This document shows positions 1 through 8,360 of a stretch of 64,000 nucleotides of DNA, piece after piece. Positions within the stretch are counted from its first letter, which is position 1; every line of letters starts with the position of its first letter. The DNA is from Paracoccaceae bacterium (GTDB lineage: Bacteria > Pseudomonadota > Alphaproteobacteria > Rhodobacterales > Rhodobacteraceae). The notes beneath the pieces are model-generated. The model had not been told where the DNA came from, searched no databases, and saw nothing but the letters and a program-made list of their open reading frames with translations. Both the position numbers and the translations under genes were made by a program. The stretch covers positions 6,760 to 70,759 of the forward strand of contig JBJLFU010000002.1 in assembly GCA_045565235.1 (NCBI GenBank). The letters are read 5' to 3'.

Positions 1-273
1 TATCTTATATGGATCATATTAGCACCAATTGTTAGTTTTTTAGCATATATAATGGATGGAATATTTTTAGGTTCTACCCACACTGTTTCAATGAGAAAAG
101 CGATGATTATGTCAACATTAATTTACTTCACTGTTGCAATAGTTATGAGTAGTGCTTTTCATAATCATGGCTTATGGATTTCACTAAGTCTTTTTCTTAT
201 AGTTCGGGCTTTGACTTTATTCTATTACTATCCAAATATTGAGCGATCAGTTTCTGACATAAGATATTCGTAA
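1..273 (+). CDS. MATE/DinF-type efflux transporter, C-terminal fragment (5' end outside window)
   Basis: Frame 1 is open from base 1 (YLIWIILAPIVSFLAYIMDGIFLGST...), so the tracked 52..273 ORF is only the tail of a longer protein. The hydrophobic helices with DGIFLG..T..MRKA and HGLW..L..F...RALTL resemble the last TM helices of MATE exporters. Confidence 0.65.
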   Translation, partial: YLIWIILAPIVSFLAYIMDGIFLGSTHTVSMRKAMIMSTLIYFTVAIVMSSAFHNHGLWISLSLFLIVRALTLFYYYPNIERSVSDIRYS

Positions 274-1319
274 TTTTTTGAACCAATTGCTTCTGTGATA
301 CTATTATGTCCCTCTGCATCTAGAATTTCTGTAAGTTGATTTAATATATTTCTAACAACACTTGGCCCCTGATAAGTTAGGCTTGTGTAAAGTTGAACTA
401 CGCTTGCCCCAAGGCATATTTTTTTATAGGCGTCTTGACCAGAAAAAATCCCTCCGACCCCTACCAGAGGAATCTTACCCTTTGATAGGTAATAAAGCTT
501 AGCAAGTGTAGTATTTGAAATATCAAATAAAGGTTTCCCTGATAAGCCGCCTGTTTTGAAAACATTAGAGCTTTTCAAATTGGGTCTTTGGATTGTTGTG
601 TTAGTAGCAATAATACCTGAGATTTTATAGTTTTTACAAACCTCAATGATTGATTTTAATTCCTCGTTATTCAAATCTGGAGCAACTTTTACTAAGATAG
701 GTTTTTTATACATTACTACGGCATCATTTCGCATTACCTCTTGAACTAACTGATTAAAATCATGGTGCCTTTGCAAACTACGCAAACCTACCGTATTTGG
801 ACTTGAAACATTTATTGTAATAAAATCAACGGTTTCTGCGCTATGCGTTAATACTTTAGCAAAGTCTAAAATTTTATCTTTGCTATTTTTATTAGCTCCA
901 ATATTTAAGCCAATTTTCCCATTACCATTATAGGATTTTATTTTGCTGGAAATATATTGCATGCCACGATTATTAAAACCCAATTTATTTATTACGGCCA
1001 GATCCTTTTTTAACCTAAATATTCTTGGTTTTTCGTTGCCTGTTTGCGGGTATGGCGTAACTGCGCCCACCTCTACAAAACTAAACCCCAAAGCAAACAG
1101 ACTCTCTATTATTTCAGCATTTTTATCAAAGCCAGCGGCAAGGCCAACTGGGTGTGATAACTTAATATTGCAAAAATTTACGCTGAGCCTCTTATCAACT
1201 AATGAATTGTTTACCTTAAAGCTCCATCTTTTAAGGTATATTAATACTAAATCATGGGCAATCTCTGGTGGTAGAAAATTAAGTAAACTGGTTAGTATTC
1301 TTTCAATTATTATTTTCAA
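228..1319 (-). CDS. pyrD: Dihydroorotate dehydrogenase (quinone), class 2
   Basis: 363 aa. Motifs HPVGLAAGFDKNAE, FVEVGAVTPYPQTGNEKPRIFRL, FNNRGM, GIIATNTT, GGLSGKPL and VGVGGIFSGQDAYKKI..GAS.VQLYT are typical of PyrD. Confidence 0.93.
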   Translation of the reverse strand: MKIIIERILTSLLNFLPPEIAHDLVLIYLKRWSFKVNNSLVDKRLSVNFCNIKLSHPVGLAAGFDKNAEIIESLFALGFSFVEVGAVTPYPQTGNEKPRIFRLKKDLAVINKLGFNNRGMQYISSKIKSYNGNGKIGLNIGANKNSKDKILDFAKVLTHSAETVDFITINVSSPNTVGLRSLQRHHDFNQLVQEVMRNDAVVMYKKPILVKVAPDLNNEELKSIIEVCKNYKISGIIATNTTIQRPNLKSSNVFKTGGLSGKPLFDISNTTLAKLYYLSKGKIPLVGVGGIFSGQDAYKKICLGASVVQLYTSLTYQGPSVVRNILNQLTEILDAEGHNSITEAIGSKNYEYLMSETDRSIFG

Positions 1320-1339
1320 AAAGGACTTCCTTTATTTGT

Positions 1340-1642
1340 TCAGATTTTTAATTGAATGGTATATAAGGCTTGGGAATACTTTAAAGAATCATAGTAATGA
1401 GGAAAGAGCTCAAGATTTCTTGAAGTCTCCCACCTTAATTTAGTTCCTAACTCGCTTTCTCTAAATGCTAGAACAAAAACTTTTGCACATTTATTAAAGT
1501 GTTTTTTAATCGTATTGCATAGTTGTTCGCGGGTGGAAAAATGGATGAAGCCGTCTTGCAAATCGCTAGCTGAACCTTTAATTTGTCCCTGGATGAAGAA
1601 AAAATCAAAATCTGACTTAGTAAGTACTTTATAAACCAACAT
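1340..1642 (-). CDS. DUF952-family small protein
   Basis: 100 aa. The pattern of an N-terminal YK.L plus DGFIH.ST..Q, a C-terminal region and FPH.Y matches my recollection of DUF952 proteins common in alphaproteobacteria. Confidence 0.6.
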   Translation of the reverse strand: MLVYKVLTKSDFDFFFIQGQIKGSASDLQDGFIHFSTREQLCNTIKKHFNKCAKVFVLAFRESELGTKLRWETSRNLELFPHYYDSLKYSQALYTIQLKI

Positions 1643-1874
1643 TTATTTAACTCACATAAAATGTAAAAAAATCGCCATATTTTTTTCTGACTTAGGTTTA
1701 TCCAATTCCTACTGTAAAGTCTACGGATTGTGCTAATTATATTTCTCTGCTAACGTAGGGTAATAGAATGAAAAGTGTGAATGAGTAGTCCATGATAGCG
1801 ACTGAGAATATTACAATATGATTTCGCCGAAGCCGGCTCGGAGTTGCCGGTGATTGTAAAAAAGGACAAGGGAA
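1643..1874 (+). promoter_or_regulatory. Promoter plus long putative 5' leader of cspA
   Basis: A 232-nt non-coding gap lies upstream of a cold-shock gene. It contains a GC-rich island (1824..1852, cgccgaagccggctcggagttgccggtg) that can form alternative short helices (ccggc/gccgg 1833..1850, or ccga/tcgg). Long structured leaders are typical of csp genes. Confidence 0.3.
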
Positions 1875-2081
1875 ATGGCCAAAGGTATAGTGAAGTGGTT
1901 TAACGTTAGCAAAGGTTTTGGTTTTATCCAGCCAGAGGGTGGTGGCAAAGATGTTTTTGTTCATGTTACAGCTGTAAGAGAAGCTGGTTTGGAAACTCTT
2001 GAGGAGAATCAGGAATTAGAATTTGAAATGGTTGATGGTCGTGATGGTAGAGAATGTGCAGGAGATATCAAGATATCTTAA
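1875..2081 (+). CDS. cspA: Cold-shock protein (CSD family)
   Basis: 68 aa. GIVKWFN..KGFGFI (RNP1) and VFVH (RNP2) motifs are present. Confidence 0.93.
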   Translation: MAKGIVKWFNVSKGFGFIQPEGGGKDVFVHVTAVREAGLETLEENQELEFEMVDGRDGRECAGDIKIS

Positions 2082-2122
2082 GATCAAATGAGTATTGTAA
2101 GACTTGTAAAAATGTAATTTTG

Positions 2123-2662
2123 CTAGTCAGATGGGATAGCAAGTTGACGATAAATAATTGGGTCCCAATCACAAGCAAATCCATCCCCATCAGGGTCCAA
2201 GTTCTTTAAATCTATCTTAGGTCCTCCAGTCTTTAAAAAAAAGCGTTGAGCCTTTTCGTTTGTAGTAAAAAAAGCACATTCTGTCCAATGATTGAATGTT
2301 TGAAATGCAGGTCTGAGATAAATACTTTCGCCTTTCTTGTTTGAACTGCTGCGAGCAAAAGTTGCTATATTTATACTTTCCTCATTTTGCTGAAATTCTT
2401 TGGTTTCTATAAGTATCCTCTGTTTTCTAGCAGATTCCAACTTTTCAGCAGCAGCAGTTTTATCTTTAATTTGTTGCTCTAATGTATCTAAAGACAGATC
2501 CAATCGGTCATTTTCAGTTGATAACAGATCATCGCTAGACAGATTTCCCGATATGTAGTTCCCTTCAGCCTCAAGATTAGAATGTTGCTCAATATTCTGG
2601 CAACCAACTAAGGATCCAAAAAGAAAAGCCATGATTACCTTAAATGAGCCATTTGCACTCAT
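2123..2662 (-). CDS. Lipoprotein with C-terminal Excalibur (Ca-binding) domain
   Basis: Signal peptide plus lipobox (FLFGSLVGC), a central coiled-coil-like acidic region, and a C-terminal NLDPDGDGFACDWD matching the DxDxDGxxC(E/D) Excalibur signature. The start overlaps the gatA stop (TAATG). Confidence 0.7.
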   Translation of the reverse strand: MSANGSFKVIMAFLFGSLVGCQNIEQHSNLEAEGNYISGNLSSDDLLSTENDRLDLSLDTLEQQIKDKTAAAEKLESARKQRILIETKEFQQNEESINIATFARSSSNKKGESIYLRPAFQTFNHWTECAFFTTNEKAQRFFLKTGGPKIDLKNLDPDGDGFACDWDPIIYRQLAIPSD

Positions 2663-4152
2663 TAATTAGTCCACCATTGGGTTGGTTTATCCGAAAAGGA
2701 ACATTCCTTCTCTAAACGAAAGGCTATATTAAAAACCTCAGACTCCTCCCAAGCGGGTCCTATTATTTGAAGTCCTAAAGGTAGACCATCCCTGGTCATG
2801 CCGGTGGGTATACTTATTGCGGGTAATCCTGCCAAATTAACGGGCACCGTAAAGACATCATTCAGATACATTTCAACAGGACTTTTGTTATCTTTTGATC
2901 CTAACGGAAAAGCTGCAGTTGGTGTGGTTGGAGTTAAGATTGCATTGATGCCAGATGAAAAAACGTTTTCAAAATCCATTTTTATAAGGTTTCTGACTTT
3001 CAAAGCTTTTTGATAATAAGCTTCATAAAATCCAGCAGACAATACATAGGTTCCTATCATAACTCGTCTTTTTACTTCGTTCCCAAAACCCTCTGACCTT
3101 GTTCTTTTGTAAATTTCCTCTATTCCTTCACCGTCTTTCAAGTTAGCCCTATAACCGTACTTTACTCCATCATAGCGGGCGAGATTAGATGAGGCCTCAG
3201 CCGGTGCTAATACATAGTAAGTGGGTAATGAGTATTTTGTGTGAGGCAGGGAAATATCTATAATTTCAGCTCCTGCACCTTTCAATTGCTCTATACCATC
3301 TTCCCACAATTTTATTATTTCATTAGGAGTACCTTCAATACGATATTCTAATGGAATTCCAATCTTTTTGCCTCGTATATCGCCATTGAGCATTTTTTCG
3401 AAATTAGGAACTTCACGTATTGCACTTGTACTATCCATTTTATCGTGGCCAGAGATAACTTCCAGTAAAATAGCGCTATCTCTAACTGTCTTGGTAATTG
3501 GGCCTGCTTGATCTAGGGAAGAGGCAAAGGCTATTATCCCCCATCTGGAACACCGGCCATAGGTAGGCTTCATACCTACTACGCCGTTAAATGCTGCTGG
3601 TTGTCTTATGGAGCCTCCAGTATCAGTGCCTAAAGTCCCCAAGCAAAGGTTTGCAGCAACCGCAGCTGCCGATCCTCCCGAAGATCCCCCTGGAGTCAAG
3701 GGAAGTCCGTTGGTGGTTTGCCAAGGGTTGATGGCTGGACCATATATAGAGGTTTCATTAGATGATCCCATAGCAAACTCATCCATATTAAGTTTGCCAA
3801 GCATAATTGCATCTTCTGCCCATAACTTTTGGGTGACTGTACTCTCGTAGGTTGGTACAAATCCTTCAAGAATTTTTGAGGCTGCCTGTGTTGGTAGCGA
3901 TTGAATGCAAAAGATATCTTTTATACCAAGTGGGATACCAAAAAGTTTCCCTTTCTTATCTGTTCTGATTTTTTTATCACAAAATTTTGCTTTTTCCAAA
4001 GCTAAATCGGCAGTTTTTAAGCAAAAAGTATTTAATTTTTTGCTAGCTTCTATTCTTTCCAAATAACTTTCTGTTAAAGCAACTGCAGAAACCTCTCCAT
4101 TTTCCAGTAAGTCTCTGGCTTTGGAAATTGTTAGGTCTTCTAGGAAGGACAT
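2662..4152 (-). CDS. gatA: Glu/Asp-tRNA amidotransferase subunit A
   Basis: 496 aa with the amidase signature GGSSGGSAAAVAA...GTDTGGSIRQPAA. It lies immediately downstream of gatC. Confidence 0.95.
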   Translation of the reverse strand: MSFLEDLTISKARDLLENGEVSAVALTESYLERIEASKKLNTFCLKTADLALEKAKFCDKKIRTDKKGKLFGIPLGIKDIFCIQSLPTQAASKILEGFVPTYESTVTQKLWAEDAIMLGKLNMDEFAMGSSNETSIYGPAINPWQTTNGLPLTPGGSSGGSAAAVAANLCLGTLGTDTGGSIRQPAAFNGVVGMKPTYGRCSRWGIIAFASSLDQAGPITKTVRDSAILLEVISGHDKMDSTSAIREVPNFEKMLNGDIRGKKIGIPLEYRIEGTPNEIIKLWEDGIEQLKGAGAEIIDISLPHTKYSLPTYYVLAPAEASSNLARYDGVKYGYRANLKDGEGIEEIYKRTRSEGFGNEVKRRVMIGTYVLSAGFYEAYYQKALKVRNLIKMDFENVFSSGINAILTPTTPTAAFPLGSKDNKSPVEMYLNDVFTVPVNLAGLPAISIPTGMTRDGLPLGLQIIGPAWEESEVFNIAFRLEKECSFSDKPTQWWTN

Positions 4153-4443
4153 TTACTCGATCACTTTCTTGACAGTAAAAAAACCCTCTTTGGCTTCTGG
4201 AGCATTCTGCAGGACCTTTTCACTATAATTACCATCTCTTACTATATCTTCAGTTCGGTTTGTATGACCATTAGAATTATAAAAATTTGCAGGATTAACA
4301 TTAGCAGTATCAACCTCATTAAGTTGGTTCATGAGGTTAACAATTTCTCCAAGTTGTTTAGAAAACATTTCAACGTCTTGAGCCGAAAGCTCGATTTTTG
4401 CTAGGTTACTTATTCTTCGCACTAGAGTATTATCAATGGACAT
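4153..4443 (-). CDS. gatC: Glu/Asp-tRNA amidotransferase subunit C
   Basis: 96 aa, abuts the gatA start, with the usual GatC size and LA.I.L...E motif. Confidence 0.88.
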   Translation of the reverse strand: MSIDNTLVRRISNLAKIELSAQDVEMFSKQLGEIVNLMNQLNEVDTANVNPANFYNSNGHTNRTEDIVRDGNYSEKVLQNAPEAKEGFFTVKKVIE

Positions 4444-4605
4444 ATCTCTATTTCCCTTGAGACAATTTTTTTATGACCTTTATCTCTGTAATTTCAATCA
4501 TGCAAGTAATTTAATACTATGTTGAAGACTAAGCAGACCATTATCATTCTGTTACCTAATAAACTTTCTGAGTTATTTAATTAAATAGATTACAACTAAA
4601 GTCTT

Positions 4606-5058
4606 TCATCTTCTCTCGCCAAAAAACTCTTTAAGTAGTTTTACTGATTCACTTTCGCCTATATTTGGATAAATCTCCAGTGGAAAACTCTTTTGGCATA
4701 AGTTGTTATAAAGATTACCAAAGTTTTTAGCACCTTTTGAAGTATCTGATGCACCATAATATAATCTAGTAATTCTACACTTTATTATGGCTTCTAAACA
4801 CATCTTACATGGTTCAAGCGTGACATACATATGGTGTCCTATTAACCTTTCAGACTTTTGCTGTTTACATGCTTGACGAATTGTCAATATTTCCGCATGC
4901 GCTGTAGGATCTGATAGCTCCCTTATTCTATTTCCAGACTTTGCAACGACCTCTCCATTTTGGTTGACAATAACTGCTCCTACTGGCACTTCCTCCCGTC
5001 TGCGGGCTTTCCTCGCTTCTGAAAGAGCTTCCTTCATAAATGATTTGAATTTGTGCAT
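4606..5058 (-). CDS. tadA: tRNA-specific adenosine deaminase
   Basis: 150 aa with CDA zinc motifs HAE...(L)EPC.MC and the usual N-terminal EA..A....EVPVGAV. Confidence 0.9.
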   Translation of the reverse strand: MHKFKSFMKEALSEARKARRREEVPVGAVIVNQNGEVVAKSGNRIRELSDPTAHAEILTIRQACKQQKSERLIGHHMYVTLEPCKMCLEAIIKCRITRLYYGASDTSKGAKNFGNLYNNLCQKSFPLEIYPNIGESESVKLLKEFFGERR

Positions 5059-5099
5059 AATAGATATATAAAAAGTCTAAATGGAGTTCGAATTTTGAA

Positions 5100-5846
5100 A
5101 TGGATCCAAACAAAAACTCTAACCAAAGATTATCAAAGTTTCTAGCTTATGCAGGTATAGCATCAAGAAGAAACTCTGAAAAGTTAATCTTAGCTGGTAG
5201 AATAACTGTAAATGGTTTGGTAGTCACGAATTTAGCTACCAAAGTTTCAGAAGAAGATTACATATGCTTTGATAAAATTCATTTAAAACATCAATTGCAG
5301 GAACCAAAAATTTGGATTTATCATAAGCCTGTAGGAGAAATTTGTTCAGATTTCGATCCATCAGGCAAGAGGACTGTATTCAATTCGTTTCCAGATAGCT
5401 TGGGTAGAGTATGCTTGGTAGGGAGATTAGATTATAATTCGGAGGGTTTATTAGTTTTAACGAATAAAGGCTTCATAAAAAGATATCTTGAACTTCCTAA
5501 GAATAGAGTAAAGCGAACTTATGCAGTCAAAGTATGGGGCAAGGCTTTAAATAATGAAGTTTTAGAACCTCTTAGAGAAGGGGTCAAAGTATCTGGTATA
5601 ACCTACGCTCCAATGATCGTAAATTTAGGACCAAAGGGGGTTAAGGGAAAGTGGTTAGAAATTACTCTTACCGAGGGTAAAAACCGAGAAATTCGTAAAG
5701 CGTTGGAAAAAATTGGTTTACAGGTTAGCAAGTTAAAGAGAATTAAATATGGATATTTTACTTTGGAAAAACTTTTTCCAGGCCAAATAAAAGAAGTTCG
5801 TATACCAAAGGCTCTCAGTAAGGATATAGAAAAGCTTATTGACTGA
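5100..5846 (+). CDS. rluB: RsuA/RluB-family rRNA pseudouridine synthase
   Basis: N-terminal S4 domain (RLSKFLAYAGIASRR..E.LI..GRI.VNG) and catalytic GRLDYNSEGLLVLTN motif. Confidence 0.85.
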   Translation: MDPNKNSNQRLSKFLAYAGIASRRNSEKLILAGRITVNGLVVTNLATKVSEEDYICFDKIHLKHQLQEPKIWIYHKPVGEICSDFDPSGKRTVFNSFPDSLGRVCLVGRLDYNSEGLLVLTNKGFIKRYLELPKNRVKRTYAVKVWGKALNNEVLEPLREGVKVSGITYAPMIVNLGPKGVKGKWLEITLTEGKNREIRKALEKIGLQVSKLKRIKYGYFTLEKLFPGQIKEVRIPKALSKDIEKLID

Positions 5847-5869
5847 TAAAGTAGAAATTCAGTATAAGG

Positions 5870-6232
5870 AGATGTGGAAAGCCGAATGATCGCATCATTG
5901 TGATGAGGAAAGTCCGGACTCCAAAGAGTAGTGGTGCCGGGTAACACCCGGCCAGGGTAACCTGAGGGAAAGCGCAACAGAAAATATACCGCTCATATAT
6001 GAGTAAGGGTGAAATGGTAAGGTAAGAGCTTACCGCTTGCTTGGTAACAAGCATGGCATTGCAAGCCCCACCAGGAGAAAGACCAAATAGGAACCGTTCG
6101 AGCTTCAAAGTTCGATATCTCTTAAATACGGTTCGGGTAGGTCGCTTGATCCAGTTGGTGACAACTGGGCTAGATGAATGGTCATTGAGCTTAACGGCTT
6201 ACAAAATCCGGCTTATAAGCTTTCCACAACCA
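5870..6232 (+). ncRNA. rnpB: RNase P RNA, bacterial type A
   Basis: Universally conserved GAGGAAAGTCCGGACTCC (about 5904..5921), then GTGCCGGGTAACACCCGGC..AGCGCAACAGAAA and a 3' ACAAAATCCGGCTTATAAGC. A 10-bp P1 helix forms between tgtggaaagc (5873..5882) and gctttccaca (6219..6228). Ends are approximate, within about 5 nt. Confidence 0.9.
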
Positions 6233-6346
6233 TTTAGTTGAGCACAATATATATGGTGCATGGCAATATGCTAGTTAGTGGTAATTTATATTAGAAATTA
6301 TGCTTACAAGAAAAACATAAAAATTTATTATTCATATGGTATAAAA

Positions 6347-6371
6347 AACCATTGATTTCCATAATTTCCCA
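6347..6371 (-). promoter_or_regulatory. Candidate MraZ operator: three TGGNN direct repeats at 10-bp spacing
   Basis: The plus strand reads AACCA-ttgat-TTCCA-taatt-TCCCA (pentamers start at 6347, 6357, 6367). The minus strand therefore reads TGGGA-N5-TGGAA-N5-TGGTT, about 170 nt upstream of mraZ. Confidence 0.3.
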
Positions 6372-6463
6372 TGTTATAGCTAATTTCTATGAGGAATAGA
6401 GTTCATACAGGCATCTCCCTCCAATCTTAGAGTAAAAAAAAAAAAAAGCTCTGATTGAAAAAG

Positions 6464-6500
6464 GCAACGGTTATTAGCGTTATGCTGTAACCGTTGCTTT
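6464..6500 (+). terminator. Strong stem-loop (terminator/attenuator-like) in the mraZ upstream region
   Basis: Perfect 10-bp stem gcaacggtta (6464..6473) / taaccgttgc (6488..6497) with a 14-nt loop that can pair further (agc/gct). It is followed by TTTAATTT on the plus strand and by CTTTTT on the minus strand. It sits 44 nt upstream of the mraZ ATG. Confidence 0.4.
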
Positions 6501-6540
6501 AATTTGGAAGGACTTCACAAAGTTATTAATCAGGATAGTC

Positions 6541-7050
6541 ATGAGACGTTTTAGGGGTGAAGCAGAAAATAAAGTTGACTTAAAGGGAAGAGTTTCAATC
6601 CCAGCTCCATTTCGTAGGGTTCTTGAAGAGGGAGATCAGGATTGGTCTGTTGGATTGAACCCAAATTTTGTTATTGTTTACGGTAGGAGAAATAGCAAAT
6701 GTTTAGAGGGCTATTCGCTAAAATCTATGGATGATGTAGACAATCTAGTCTCAAGACTACCTCGGTACTCTAAGGATAGGGAAACTTTGGAAAGGCTTCT
6801 AAATGCTCAATCTGTCTATGCTCAGGTAGATGAGAATGGAAGAATAGTTTTATCCCCTAAGCTTAGGGAAATTTCTAATATTAAGGATAAGGCTATATTT
6901 GTTGGAATGGGAGACAAATTTCAAATTTGGGAGCCTGATAGTTATAATCAGGACATGATTTTAATGAACAAAAGACTTTCTGATAATAATTTAGAGGAGG
7001 AAATTTATTCTCTTTTGGATTATAAAGAAAATAATAATGGAAAGATATGA
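6541..7050 (+). CDS. mraZ: Division/cell wall cluster transcriptional regulator MraZ
   Basis: 169 aa. D.KGR.S.P..FR motif in the N-terminal half with a second SpoVT/AbrB-like half (D..GRI.L...LR). First gene of the dcw cluster. Confidence 0.92.
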   Translation: MRRFRGEAENKVDLKGRVSIPAPFRRVLEEGDQDWSVGLNPNFVIVYGRRNSKCLEGYSLKSMDDVDNLVSRLPRYSKDRETLERLLNAQSVYAQVDENGRIVLSPKLREISNIKDKAIFVGMGDKFQIWEPDSYNQDMILMNKRLSDNNLEEEIYSLLDYKENNNGKI

Positions 7051-8063
7051 AAAGACATGATTTAGATTCTGTTCATATTCCAGTTTTAATTTCTGATTTT
7101 TCATCTCTTCTCCCTGAGGTATCTGGCATTTGGATTGATGGTACATTTGGTTTTGGCGGATATAGCAAGCGCCTTTTAGATTCGGGTGCATCAAAAGTGA
7201 TAGCCATTGATTTAGACCCTGACGTGTTGTCGATTGCATCTAACTTTGAGCAAAGTTGGCCTAACCGATTCAAAATCTTGACTGGTAACTTTTGCCAAAT
7301 GGTTGAGTTAGTTTCTGATTTCGGGGTAGAAAGTGTTTCAGGAGTTACTCTGGATTTAGGAATTTCGTCAATGCAGGTGGATGCTCCCACTAGAGGTTTT
7401 TCTCTAAAGAAAGACGGTCCATTAGATATGCGAATGTCTAAAAAGGGACCAAGCGCAAAGGATTTTATTAACAAGGCCAATGAAGCTCTTATCGCGGAGG
7501 TTTTACTCAAATATGGGGAGGAGCGTCATTCTAAGGCTATTGCAAAAAATATTATAAGAGCTAGGAAAAAAAATTATATTGAAAGCACTTATCAGTTAGT
7601 TAACCTAATTGAAAACGTCTTAGGAGCTAACACTAGATATAAGACACATCCGGCAACCAGAAGTTTTCAAGCTATAAGAATAGCAATCAATAACGAATTA
7701 GAAAATTTGGTAGTAGGTCTGGTCTCCGCTAACAATTTGTTGAGGATAGGAGGTTTATTTTCTGTTATCACGTTTCATTCACTTGAGGACAGGATAGTGA
7801 AAAGATTTTTTAATTTGCAAACTGAAAATGATTGCTCCCTTAATGAAATAAAACGCGTTGGAGGTAATAGAACGCCTTTGTTTAAAAAAATAAACAATAA
7901 ACCGATTATCGCTAGTAGCGAAGAATTAAAGAATAATCCTCGGGCTCGTTCTGCTAAACTAAGAGTAGTTAAAAAGGAGATAGATCAACTTGTCAGCATA
8001 GAGGCTGATTCCTTAGGATTACCAAGTATTTCAAAAGGCCTAAGGGAATTTCAATGCGCTTAA
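7047..8063 (+). CDS. rsmH: 16S rRNA (cytosine1402-N4)-methyltransferase
   Basis: HIPVL, DGTFG.GGYS, LDLG.SS.Q.D...RGFS, GPLDMRM, FHSLEDR.VK and NPR.RSAKLR motifs. ATGA overlap with mraZ. Confidence 0.95.
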   Translation: MKRHDLDSVHIPVLISDFSSLLPEVSGIWIDGTFGFGGYSKRLLDSGASKVIAIDLDPDVLSIASNFEQSWPNRFKILTGNFCQMVELVSDFGVESVSGVTLDLGISSMQVDAPTRGFSLKKDGPLDMRMSKKGPSAKDFINKANEALIAEVLLKYGEERHSKAIAKNIIRARKKNYIESTYQLVNLIENVLGANTRYKTHPATRSFQAIRIAINNELENLVVGLVSANNLLRIGGLFSVITFHSLEDRIVKRFFNLQTENDCSLNEIKRVGGNRTPLFKKINNKPIIASSEELKNNPRARSAKLRVVKKEIDQLVSIEADSLGLPSISKGLREFQCA

Positions 8064-8350
8064 TTGGACGATCTGCCTTACTTGTTTTATGCATTCTTAG
8101 TGCAGTCTGGGCTTACAAAGTGAATTATGAAACTAGGTCAATAAAAAGAGAGATTCAGGACTTAGAGTATGAAATAAAAATCGTCCTTAATCGTATAGAC
8201 TTATTGAAGGCAGAGTGGGCTTTTTTAAATAGACCAAAGAGGCTAGCTTCTTTGGTGGACGAAAATTTTGAAGCTTTAAAGCTTGTACCAATTACTAAGG
8301 AACATTTTTATGATTATTCAAACTTCAATTCCAAATTCCTTCAGAATTAA
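8054..8350 (+). CDS. ftsL: Cell division protein FtsL (alphaproteobacterial type)
   Basis: 98 aa with a single N-terminal TM (LLVLCILSAVWAY) followed by a coiled coil. Its position between rsmH and ftsI fits FtsL. Confidence 0.7.
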   Translation: MRLIGRSALLVLCILSAVWAYKVNYETRSIKREIQDLEYEIKIVLNRIDLLKAEWAFLNRPKRLASLVDENFEALKLVPITKEHFYDYSNFNSKFLQN

Positions 8351-8360
8351 GAGGACATAA

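Noticed and set aside
5084-5093. GAGTTCGAAT, a tRNA T-loop-like sequence in the tadA/rluB divergent spacer
   Set aside because: The spacer is only 41 nt. It has no acceptor stem, D-arm or anticodon arm, so it is not a tRNA.
5603-6241. Three tracked ORFs (5603..5977 minus strand, 5836..6108 minus strand, 6041..6241 plus strand) covering the rluB-mraZ spacer
   Set aside because: They overlap the RNase P RNA gene, which has unmistakable conserved motifs and a closing P1 helix. Their translations are low-complexity and carry no recognisable motif, so they are artefacts of a GC-richer structured RNA.
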